Positions 10,324-18,241 of a DNA stretch of 37,978 bases are shown piece after piece (positions within the stretch are counted from its first letter, which is position 1; each line of letters opens with the position of its first letter). The notes beneath the pieces are model-generated. The model had not been told where the DNA came from. It searched no databases and worked only from the letters and a program-made list of their open reading frames with translations. The stretch is from Candidatus Aminicenantes bacterium (GTDB lineage Archaea; Nanobdellota; Nanobdellia; Woesearchaeales; JAFCCF01). The stretch lies in the NCBI GenBank assembly GCA_017610325.1, contig JAFCCF010000004.1:1-37978 (forward strand). Direction: 5' to 3'. The position numbers and the translations under genes were made by a program.

Positions 10324-11281
10324 GGTTCAGCCACTCTGGGGGAATCTGCGTGATTTTTTCCCCAGCAACAGGCGTGAACTCGTCAAAACCCCTTCTTTCA
10401 GGGTACTCAATCCAGGGACCTTCGCATATCATATCATACCTGCAGTTCGCACATTTAGGACCCTTTTTCTTGGCAATGTTCTTTCTTGTATGCTCATAGC
10501 TTAGATTAATGCCAACCATGTCTCTCAGCTGGCTTGCAACCATCCTCAGCTCTGCTGCCCTCTTCTCCTCTCCAACCAGGAAGCAGAGCGGCACAGCCTC
10601 AAAATCAACCCACATCCCGAGCCTCTTAGATGTTTCAATTGCCTTGTCAATGTTTGGCTTCAGCTCACTATATGTCGGGATAACCTCCTCAAAGTAAAGC
10701 AGGGCATTTCCCTGGCCGTGTGGGAATGCAATATTAACACTTCTAGAACCAAATTTGTGGAACAGCTCCAGAATCTCAGCCAGGTACTCTTGATTATACC
10801 TTGAGATGACTATCTTGCCGCTGACTAGCTGGTTATACTTTTTCAGGTTCTTTATTCCATTTATTGTCTGATCAAATGCTCCCTTTGCTTTTGAAACCTT
10901 ATCATGAATCTCTGGGTTAGGGCCATTCAATGCCACAGTATATGCAGCAGGGCATGCATCTACAATCTTCTTTGTGAATTCTTCATAAGAGAACATCCTA
11001 CCATTTGTCTGGATGCCAACCATCATGCCAAGCTGCCTGGCATGCCTGAGTATTTCAAATATATCCTTCCTGATAGATATCTCTCCTCCAGTCAGCACAA
11101 TCTTTGATATACCGTGGTTTTTAGCCTGCTCCATCTGCTCTAAAACTTCTTGCGTGGAGCGGTCTATATTCTTTCCCTCACTCTTTAGCTGGCGCCGCTT
11201 GTCAGCTATCACGCAATGGATACAGTTATTATTACACGAAAATCCGGTTTTTATATCTGCGTATTTATCTCCTTCAGCCAT
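10310..11281 (-). CDS. HxsC-like radical SAM protein (paralog 1)
   Basis: DIKTGFSCNNNCIHC, LTGGEIS, QTNGRMFSY, AFPHGQGNA, CANCRYDMICEG; closely similar to 8762..9733. Confidence 0.75.
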   Translation of the reverse strand: MAEGDKYADIKTGFSCNNNCIHCVIADKRRQLKSEGKNIDRSTQEVLEQMEQAKNHGISKIVLTGGEISIRKDIFEILRHARQLGMMVGIQTNGRMFSYEEFTKKIVDACPAAYTVALNGPNPEIHDKVSKAKGAFDQTINGIKNLKKYNQLVSGKIVISRYNQEYLAEILELFHKFGSRSVNIAFPHGQGNALLYFEEVIPTYSELKPNIDKAIETSKRLGMWVDFEAVPLCFLVGEEKRAAELRMVASQLRDMVGINLSYEHTRKNIAKKKGPKCANCRYDMICEGPWIEYPERRGFDEFTPVAGEKITQIPPEWLNLGRG

Positions 11282-11294
11282 TTTAACCTGTCAT

Positions 11295-12731
11295 CTATTT
11301 CCCATTTGTCTTCCTTAATCCTGCCCAGCCAAGCAGAATATCCCTGTCTTCCTTGGAATAAAGAATCTTTTTGAATATGTACTCGATCATGCCCTTTCTT
11401 ATTTTGCATTCATGGTCAACTGCAAGTTTTGGCACGACACTGCCCTGCGCCCCGTATGTTGCAACCATACATGTTCCGCAGTACGGATGCCAGGGGCATG
11501 CATCACACATTGAGGCAAAGCCAGATGTCAGGCTGACAATGTCCTTTGCCTTAATCATGATATCTTTATAAGAATGGGTATTGACATTTCCCATCTTGAA
11601 TATATCAAATGACCTTGACTCATCACAGGTGTAGATATCACCATTATAATCATATGAAATCTGCCCAATCAGCGCTCCGCAGGGCGACCCAAAGCATGTA
11701 AATCCTCTTGTCCTATTTGTCAGGAGTCTCCAGAGTATCACCTGAATTTTGCTGTCAAGGAATTTCTTACCTTTCTTGTTAAGCTCAAGCTCATAATCAA
11801 ATACCTTTTTCCAGAATTCAAGGAACTCCTCTGAAGAGTACCCAATTTGTTCCCAGAGCTGTTTTGCAAAACCAGCAAAGTTCAGGTTCCTTGACATTAT
11901 GTTTGAGAAGCCATTCTTCAGGTATTCATCAATAATCTCCCTTGGGTAATTGAGCGATTCTTTTGTTATTGTTGGCAGTGCAGAGAAATTAAAGTCCTTC
12001 TTCAGCTCTTTGAACTTTTTTATAACCTCATCATATGAACTCTTGTGCCCAAAATATTTTCTCTGCTTGTCATGAAGCTTTTTCGGCCCGTCAAGGGATG
12101 AGCAAAACCTGATATTGTTCTTTTTCATGTAATCCTTTATCTCATCTGTGAATCCAACTGCGTTTGTGACAATTATGTACATGAGTTTCTTATTATAGCG
12201 CTTGTTAAGTTCTTGTGAGTATTCATATATGTATTTTATAACCGGGAAATTGAGGAGCGGTTCACCACCCTGGAACTCAATTGTAATATCTCTGGCAGGT
12301 GACTCAAAGAGGAACTCAACTACCTTCTTGGCATCCTCCTTACTCATGTCATACCCTTCTGCCTCTAGCGGCTTTGACTTTGCATGACAGTATACGCATG
12401 TGTGGTTGCATCTTAGGGTTACTGTGATAATGTGCAGACCTGCACCTCTAGATACATGGGCAAACTTGTTCCTGAGCTGCCGCGTGATTGACTCAATATT
12501 GTTCAGCGTTATTATAACTCCTTTTTCTTCCAAAAGCTTGTACAGCTGAGGATCTTCCCTTATCTTATTGTATCTTAGAAGGTCAAACTCTTCTTTGTTC
12601 AGGCACACCCACCCCCCGTGGTCTGTGGTGACAACTATATGTTCTTTATCAAATTTGTGGGTCAGGTACCTATTTACCTCAAACTCTTCTACTTTAACCG
12701 GTCCTTTATCTTCATAAAAACTAAAAGCCAC
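11295..12731 (-). CDS. hxsB: His-Xaa-Ser system radical SAM/SPASM maturase HxsB
   Basis: LHIITVTLRCNHTCVYCHA, IEFQGGEPLLNF, SSLDGPKKLHD, SPCGALIGQISYDYNGDIYTCDESR, CDACPWHPYCGTC; N-terminal extension; GTG 12731 has a GAGGT RBS (ORF open from 12791). Confidence 0.85.
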   Translation of the reverse strand: MAFSFYEDKGPVKVEEFEVNRYLTHKFDKEHIVVTTDHGGWVCLNKEEFDLLRYNKIREDPQLYKLLEEKGVIITLNNIESITRQLRNKFAHVSRGAGLHIITVTLRCNHTCVYCHAKSKPLEAEGYDMSKEDAKKVVEFLFESPARDITIEFQGGEPLLNFPVIKYIYEYSQELNKRYNKKLMYIIVTNAVGFTDEIKDYMKKNNIRFCSSLDGPKKLHDKQRKYFGHKSSYDEVIKKFKELKKDFNFSALPTITKESLNYPREIIDEYLKNGFSNIMSRNLNFAGFAKQLWEQIGYSSEEFLEFWKKVFDYELELNKKGKKFLDSKIQVILWRLLTNRTRGFTCFGSPCGALIGQISYDYNGDIYTCDESRSFDIFKMGNVNTHSYKDIMIKAKDIVSLTSGFASMCDACPWHPYCGTCMVATYGAQGSVVPKLAVDHECKIRKGMIEYIFKKILYSKEDRDILLGWAGLRKTNGK

Positions 12732-12741
12732 TTTTACCTCT

Positions 12742-12975
12742 TTACTGGTTTTGGTTTTGCATAATTCCCAGGAGGCAATCAAAAAATTCATAGCCTATAT
12801 TTGACAATTTGTCTATGTTCTTTGGTATTATGACAACCTTAGTGCTGTGATCTTCAACAGCAACATCACCAAAAGCCTTGAACTCTTCTGCTGCCCTGGA
12901 AACTATCTGTGGTGGATAGATTATTGTGTTAATCTTGATAACACATCTGTTGTCTTCAACCTTGACATTTTTCAT
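12742..12975 (-). CDS. Small HxsD-like protein
   Basis: 77 aa; INTIIYP...AAEEF...IGYEFFDCLL pattern parallels the N-terminal domain of 13003..13575; directly upstream of hxsB. Confidence 0.6.
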   Translation of the reverse strand: MKNVKVEDNRCVIKINTIIYPPQIVSRAAEEFKAFGDVAVEDHSTKVVIIPKNIDKLSNIGYEFFDCLLGIMQNQNQ

Positions 12976-13002
12976 GGTGCTCTACCCTTGAGGTTCACAC
13001 CC

Positions 13003-13575
13003 TCAGTCATCCCTTCTGGTGTTGTCCTTCATGATTCCCTTTGGATCTGCCACCCGGTCTTCTTCAGGAACCTGCACCTTTCTTATGCCCATTGGGTCAG
13101 GGACATTATCTGTCGGTCTTGGTCCTGGACCTCCTGGTCCCGGGCCACTTGGCTGAGGGAATCTCTGTGGCATTGGTTGTGGCGGGCCTGGCCCTCTCCT
13201 TGGCGGCTCTGGTCCTTTCCTTGGCGGCTCTGGTCCCCTTACATTGCCCCTAAGCGCGCTCTCCATGAGAGCTTCCCTAATTCTCTTGGTCCTTGTTGCC
13301 TGTATTGTATAGATTGAGTAGTTTATTAGCTCATCATTAAAGTTATAACCTATCTCTTTCAAATTCTTTTCACTAATCTCCCCATCAGCTTTTGGTCTTA
13401 GTTCAACCAGCACCTCGCTGTTTGGGTCACCATCAATAATAACATGGACCTTGTCCAGCATTGCATATGCTGCAGAGTAAATCACGCTCACTGGATAAAA
13501 TTTAGGATTCACAGATATAACTAAAAAATTTTTATGGATTTCAATATTATCCAAAATACTTTCTTTCTCACCCAT
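13003..13575 (-). CDS. hxsD: His-Xaa-Ser system protein HxsD with Pro/Gly-rich C-terminal tail
   Basis: VNPKFYPVSVIYSAAY...FNDELINYSI...TKRIREALMESAL resembles the HxsD consensus; tail GPEPPRK-GPEPPRR-GPGPP. Confidence 0.75.
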   Translation of the reverse strand: MGEKESILDNIEIHKNFLVISVNPKFYPVSVIYSAAYAMLDKVHVIIDGDPNSEVLVELRPKADGEISEKNLKEIGYNFNDELINYSIYTIQATRTKRIREALMESALRGNVRGPEPPRKGPEPPRRGPGPPQPMPQRFPQPSGPGPGGPGPRPTDNVPDPMGIRKVQVPEEDRVADPKGIMKDNTRRDD

Positions 13576-13603
13576 ATTAAACCCCCCAGTATATTATGTT
13601 CGA

Positions 13604-13630
13604 TTTAGACGATAACCCCCATATTTATAA
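13604..13630 (-). promoter_or_regulatory. TATA-like box plus TTATCGTCTAAA motif upstream of the hxsD operon
   Basis: Minus strand reads TTATAAA-8nt-TTATCGTCTAAA, ending ~30 bp before ATG 13575; same motif and spacing at 32216 and 35244. Confidence 0.5.
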
Positions 13631-13930
13631 ATCTTTGGTTTTAATTCATAGTTGGCCAAACTTGCTGTTAGCACGCTACTTTTTCTTCTATATTTTCATC
13701 ACCTATCTTTAACGAAACTACCTTTAAATCAAAAACTTTAAATATGAGGTGCCTACTTATATGGTTTAGAATAAGTGATAGAGATAATTGGGCGAGTATA
13801 TTTGTCTAATTAAGGGAAGTGTGGCGCAATAAATGAGTATTAAAAAGAGGTTTGTTTTATTAAGTAGACTTATGTATTTTTCTATCTCAAATAATCATTA
13901 TCATAGTTTTTATTCCATTAACCTGTTACG

Positions 13931-14101
13931 TTCTTTGCGCCACACTTCTGTCTCTGCACATCAGCAGAGGCAGAAGTTTTTAATTTCCCGTTCTTTGCGC
14001 CACACTTCTGTCTCTGCACATCAGCAGGGGCAGAAGTTTTTTCCTTCCTATTCATTGCGCCACACTTCTGTCTCTGCACATCAGCAGGGGCAGAAGTTTT
14101 T
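13931..14101 (+). repeat. Three tandem 60-bp units, each a 14-bp hairpin followed by a T tract
   Basis: TTC(T/A)TTGCGCCAC-ACTTCTGTCTCTGC-ACATCA-GCAG(A/G)GGCAGAAGT-TTTT at 13931, 13991 and 14051; ~9-nt variable gaps. Confidence 0.95.
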
Positions 14102-14162
14102 ATTTTCAGGCGCTTTAAAATATTTGTTTGAATCAAGCTGATAAAAAAGAAGGTGTTGACAG

Positions 14163-17093
14163 ATTAACAAAAAAGAGGCAGAGAGTAATAAGGCTTTTAC
14201 AGATATCAGGAGGCCTACCCTTCTCTCACACATAAAGAAAGCAATCACTTCTTTCGTTAAGGAAGAGGAAGCCTCAATTAACAAGCATGCTCTGCTTAGC
14301 GTTGGTAGTTTTATGGCTGCAGGTGTCATTGCATCACGGGTTGTTGAGGCATCTCAGGTTGTTGTCACGCACGACCATAGTGATATAGGTCATAGTAATT
14401 GCACATATCCAGACACCCATGACAACTGCCATACACAGAGCCACAGCAACTGCGCTTATCCAGAAACCCATGACAACTGTACATATCCAGACACCCATGA
14501 CAACTGCCATACTGTGAGTCATAGCAACTGCCATTCTAACTGCTCCTATCCAGATTATCACAACAACTGTTCATACCCTGAATCAACTTCACCTGACACA
14601 CACGACAACTGCCATACTGAGAGCCATAGCAACTGCCACTCTAACTGTACTTATCCTGACACGCACGACAACTGCCACTCTAACTGTACTTATCCAGAAT
14701 CCACTGCTCCAGAGACGCATGACAACTGCCATACTGTGAGCCATAGCAATTGCCACTCTAACTGTTCTTATCCAGATTCCCACAACAACTGCTCATACCC
14801 AGAATCAACTTCTCCTGACACGCATGACAACTGCCACACGCAGAGCCATAGCAACTGCCATTCTAACTGTGGTTATCCAGAATCCACTTCACCTGACACG
14901 CACGACAACTGTTCGTATCCAGAATCCACTGCTCCAGAGACGCATGACAACTGCCATACTGAGAGCCACAGCAACTGCCATTCTAACTGCTCCTATCCAG
15001 AATCGCACGACAACTGCCATTCTAACTGTACTTATCCAGAATCCACTTCACCTGACACGCACGACAACTGCCATACTGTGAGCCATAGCAACTGCCACTC
15101 TAATTGTAGTTATCCTGAGTCACACTCAAACTGCCACTCTAACTGCTCATACCCAGAATCCACTTCACCTGACACGCACGACAACTGCCACACGCAGAGC
15201 CACAGCAACTGCCACTCTAATTGTGGTTATCCAGAATCCACTTCACCTAATACGCACGACAACTGCTCATACCCAGAATCCACTTCACCTAACACGCACG
15301 ATAACTGCCACACTGTGAGCCACAACAACTGCCACTCTAATTGTGGTTATCCAGATTCCCACAACAACTGCTCATACCCTGAATCAACTGCTCCAGAGAC
15401 GCACGACAACTGCCATACTGTGAGCCACAGCAACTGCCACTCTAATTGTGGTTATCCAGATTACCACAACAACTGCAGTTATCCGCAGTCCCACGACAAC
15501 TGCCATACCTCAGGTCACAACAACTGCAGTTATCCGCAGTCCCACGACAACTGCCATACCGCAGGCCACAATAACTGTGGTTATCCAGAATCGCACAGCA
15601 ACTGCCACAGTAACTGTTCCTATCCAGAATCCACTGCCCCAGGTTACCATAACAACTGCCACTCAAACTGCTCTTATCCAAATTCCGTTAATCCAAACAC
15701 CCACAACAACTGCCACTCAAACTGCTCTTATCCAAATTCTGGTAATCCAAACACCCACAACAACTGCACCTATGTGAATGCCCACAGCAACTGCCACTCT
15801 AACTGTACTTATCCAGCATCCCAATCTCCAGCTGCTCATTCTAACTGCCACAGTAACTGTTCCTATCCAGAGTCCACTGCTCCAAACACCCACACTAACT
15901 GCCACTCTAATTGTGGTTATCCAGACTCCACTGCCCCAAATTACCACAACAACTGTAGCTATCCGCAGTCCCATGATAACTGCCATACCTCAGGCCACAA
16001 TAATTGTAGTTATCCAGAATCGCACGACAACTGCCATACCTCAAGCCACAATAACTGCTCCTATCCGCAGTCCCACGACAACTGCGCATACCCTGAATCC
16101 ACTTCCCCAAACACCCATGACAACTGCCATACTGAGAGCCATAGCAACTGCCACTCTAACTGTACTTATCCTGACACGCACGACAACTGCCACTCTAACT
16201 GTACTTATCCAGAATCCACTTCACCTGATACGCACGATAACTGCCACACTGAGAGCCACAGCAACTGCCACTCTAACTGTACTTATCCAGAATCAACTTC
16301 TCCAAATACGCACGACAACTGCTCTTATCCAGAATCCACTTCACCTGACACGCACGATAACTGCCACACTGAGAGCCACAGCAACTGCCATTCTAATTGT
16401 GGTTATCCAGAATCCACTTCACCTGACACGCACGATAACTGCTCTTATCCAGAATCCACTTCTCCAGAGACGCACGACAACTGCCATACTGAGAGCCACA
16501 GCAACTGCCACTCTAACTGCTCCTATCCAGAATCGCACGACAACTGCCATTCTAACTGTACTTACCCAGAATCCACTGCTCCAGAGACGCATGATAACTG
16601 CCATACTGAGAGCCACAGCAACTGCCATTCTAACTGCTCCTATCCAGAATCACACGACAACTGCTCATACCCGGACTCAACTTCACCTGACACGCACGAT
16701 AACTGCCACACTGAGAGCCACAGCAACTGCCATTCTAACTGTACTTACCCAGAATCCACTGCTCCAGAATCGCACGATAACTGTACATACCCTGACTCAA
16801 CTTCACCTGACACACACGACAACTGCCATACTGAGAGCCACAGCAACTGCCACTCTAACTGTTCCTATCCAGAATCACACGACAACTGCTCATACCCTGA
16901 ATCAACTGCTCCAGAGACGCACGACAACTGCCATACTGTGAGCCACAGCAACTGCTCCTATCCTGAGTCGCACTCAAACTGCGAATCTCCTGATACTCAC
17001 GATAATTGTCACACCCAGAGCCACAGCAACTGTACATATCCTCAGGAAGACCCATCGCACACATCATCCATTGATGTTACAAACACGGAGTAG
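14163..17093 (+). CDS. Giant His-x-Asn-Cys repeat protein; putative substrate (HxsA-like precursor) of the Hxs maturases
   Basis: About 101 H[S/D/N/T]NC motifs by manual count, with synonymous codon variation among repeats. First ATG is 14313, but the frame is open from 14160 and ATT 14163 lies 7 nt after AGGTG, adding a leader-like 50 aa. Confidence 0.85.
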   Translation: MNKKEAESNKAFTDIRRPTLLSHIKKAITSFVKEEEASINKHALLSVGSFMAAGVIASRVVEASQVVVTHDHSDIGHSNCTYPDTHDNCHTQSHSNCAYPETHDNCTYPDTHDNCHTVSHSNCHSNCSYPDYHNNCSYPESTSPDTHDNCHTESHSNCHSNCTYPDTHDNCHSNCTYPESTAPETHDNCHTVSHSNCHSNCSYPDSHNNCSYPESTSPDTHDNCHTQSHSNCHSNCGYPESTSPDTHDNCSYPESTAPETHDNCHTESHSNCHSNCSYPESHDNCHSNCTYPESTSPDTHDNCHTVSHSNCHSNCSYPESHSNCHSNCSYPESTSPDTHDNCHTQSHSNCHSNCGYPESTSPNTHDNCSYPESTSPNTHDNCHTVSHNNCHSNCGYPDSHNNCSYPESTAPETHDNCHTVSHSNCHSNCGYPDYHNNCSYPQSHDNCHTSGHNNCSYPQSHDNCHTAGHNNCGYPESHSNCHSNCSYPESTAPGYHNNCHSNCSYPNSVNPNTHNNCHSNCSYPNSGNPNTHNNCTYVNAHSNCHSNCTYPASQSPAAHSNCHSNCSYPESTAPNTHTNCHSNCGYPDSTAPNYHNNCSYPQSHDNCHTSGHNNCSYPESHDNCHTSSHNNCSYPQSHDNCAYPESTSPNTHDNCHTESHSNCHSNCTYPDTHDNCHSNCTYPESTSPDTHDNCHTESHSNCHSNCTYPESTSPNTHDNCSYPESTSPDTHDNCHTESHSNCHSNCGYPESTSPDTHDNCSYPESTSPETHDNCHTESHSNCHSNCSYPESHDNCHSNCTYPESTAPETHDNCHTESHSNCHSNCSYPESHDNCSYPDSTSPDTHDNCHTESHSNCHSNCTYPESTAPESHDNCTYPDSTSPDTHDNCHTESHSNCHSNCSYPESHDNCSYPESTAPETHDNCHTVSHSNCSYPESHSNCESPDTHDNCHTQSHSNCTYPQEDPSHTSSIDVTNTE

Positions 17094-17107
17094 ATTGTTC
17101 TAGCAAA

Positions 17108-18190
17108 ATGAACATAATCACTATATTATCTCTCTTAAGGCCCTACATATTGTTTGCAATAATCATTGCTCTTGGAATTATAGCTTCATACACTGATGTT
17201 AAAAAAAGGAGGATTGAGAACAGGTTTGTGATTCCTGCCTTTATAATTGGGCTGCTTATCAACCTAACTTACTGGGGCATGGATTTTCTGGGGCACTACC
17301 TCTTTGGCGTTCTCTTTGCGCTGTTTGTGACTTTTGTGTTGTGGTATGTAGGGTTCTGGAATGCAGGGGATGGCAAGCTTTTTCTTGCATTTACCAGCCT
17401 GATTCCAGCAGCGTTGTTGTATGGCGGTGTTGCGCAGCTTCACTCATACTGGATAATCTTCTACACATTTGTACCTGTGTTCTTTGTTCTTCTGGTGCTA
17501 CTGATAATTCATACCAGGTGGAAAGACATAAAATATGTATTAAAGGAGTTTATCAAGCCACAGGCAATATTCCTTGTGATGCTGGCTTTCTTTGCATTTC
17601 AGTGGATTATCCATATCTTCAACGATGCAACCGGCATTACCCTTAACTTCTTTATCAGCGTGCTAATCCTGTTCTTTTTCTTTGAGGCTATGGAAAAGAT
17701 ATTACCGTTCAGGATAATGTCAATATTTGTTATTGTTGCAATCTCCAGGTTTATCATTGACTTCCGCACCATTTTCACATTTGATTTTGTTATAGTCTTT
17801 TTTCTTCAATTCTCTGTTTTCATAATAATGGTATATTTCATACTCCATCTTGCCTATGTGAAATATGGTAAGCATGCTAAGATCCAAGACCTTAAGCCAG
17901 GCATGTTACTGTCTGAAATCATCTACAAGAAGGGAAAGGTTTACGCAACCAGGCCAAATGTGCAGATAAGCCTCTTCATGTTCCTCAGGACAAAGGTGAA
18001 AGAAAAGCCGCTTATTGAGATTACTTCCAATGGTTTGACTAGGGAAGATATTGAACTGCTAAAAAGATTGCACAGGGAAAAAAAGCTGGAGGTTGGCTCT
18101 TTGCTTGTTCAGATGAGGATACCATTTGCACCTTTCCTGTTCCTTGGCGTAGTGTTATATATACTTACAGAACTTCTTCATGTTTTTTAG
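17108..18190 (+). CDS. A24-family prepilin/preflagellin-type aspartic peptidase
   Basis: ASYTDVKKRRIEN (first Asp), WNAGDGKLF (GxGD-type second Asp), multiple TM helices, C-terminal IPFAPFLFLG. Confidence 0.88.
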   Translation: MNIITILSLLRPYILFAIIIALGIIASYTDVKKRRIENRFVIPAFIIGLLINLTYWGMDFLGHYLFGVLFALFVTFVLWYVGFWNAGDGKLFLAFTSLIPAALLYGGVAQLHSYWIIFYTFVPVFFVLLVLLIIHTRWKDIKYVLKEFIKPQAIFLVMLAFFAFQWIIHIFNDATGITLNFFISVLILFFFFEAMEKILPFRIMSIFVIVAISRFIIDFRTIFTFDFVIVFFLQFSVFIIMVYFILHLAYVKYGKHAKIQDLKPGMLLSEIIYKKGKVYATRPNVQISLFMFLRTKVKEKPLIEITSNGLTREDIELLKRLHREKKLEVGSLLVQMRIPFAPFLFLGVVLYILTELLHVF

Positions 18191-18241
18191 AAAAGCTTTT
18201 ATACGCTCACCTCAATCGCCATAATAGAGGGGTTTTTGTTT

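Noticed and set aside
13931-14101. CRISPR array
   Set aside because: Conserved part is ~51 nt with only ~9-nt pyrimidine-rich gaps, there are three units, and no cas genes are in the window
13833-14313. Readthrough or selenocysteine fusion of the 102-aa ORF to the giant repeat ORF (same frame)
   Set aside because: TGA at 14139 is followed immediately by TAA, with another TGA at 14157; other genes clearly use TGA as stop
14391-17045. Multiheme cytochrome c
   Set aside because: Many CH dipeptides occur, but the spacing is CxxxCH or longer, never CxxCH, and no cytochrome c maturation genes are visible
14334-17067. Alternative-frame ORFs in the repeat gene (e.g. 15778..16941, Thr/Ala-rich, and the minus-strand ORFs)
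   Set aside because: Shadows of the repeat codons; variation is synonymous only in the HxNC frame, and the other frames are interrupted by stops
17108-18190. Calling the peptidase flaK/pibD of an archaellum or pilus locus
   Set aside because: No archaellin, pilin, assembly ATPase or platform genes are in the window, so only the A24 family call is supported
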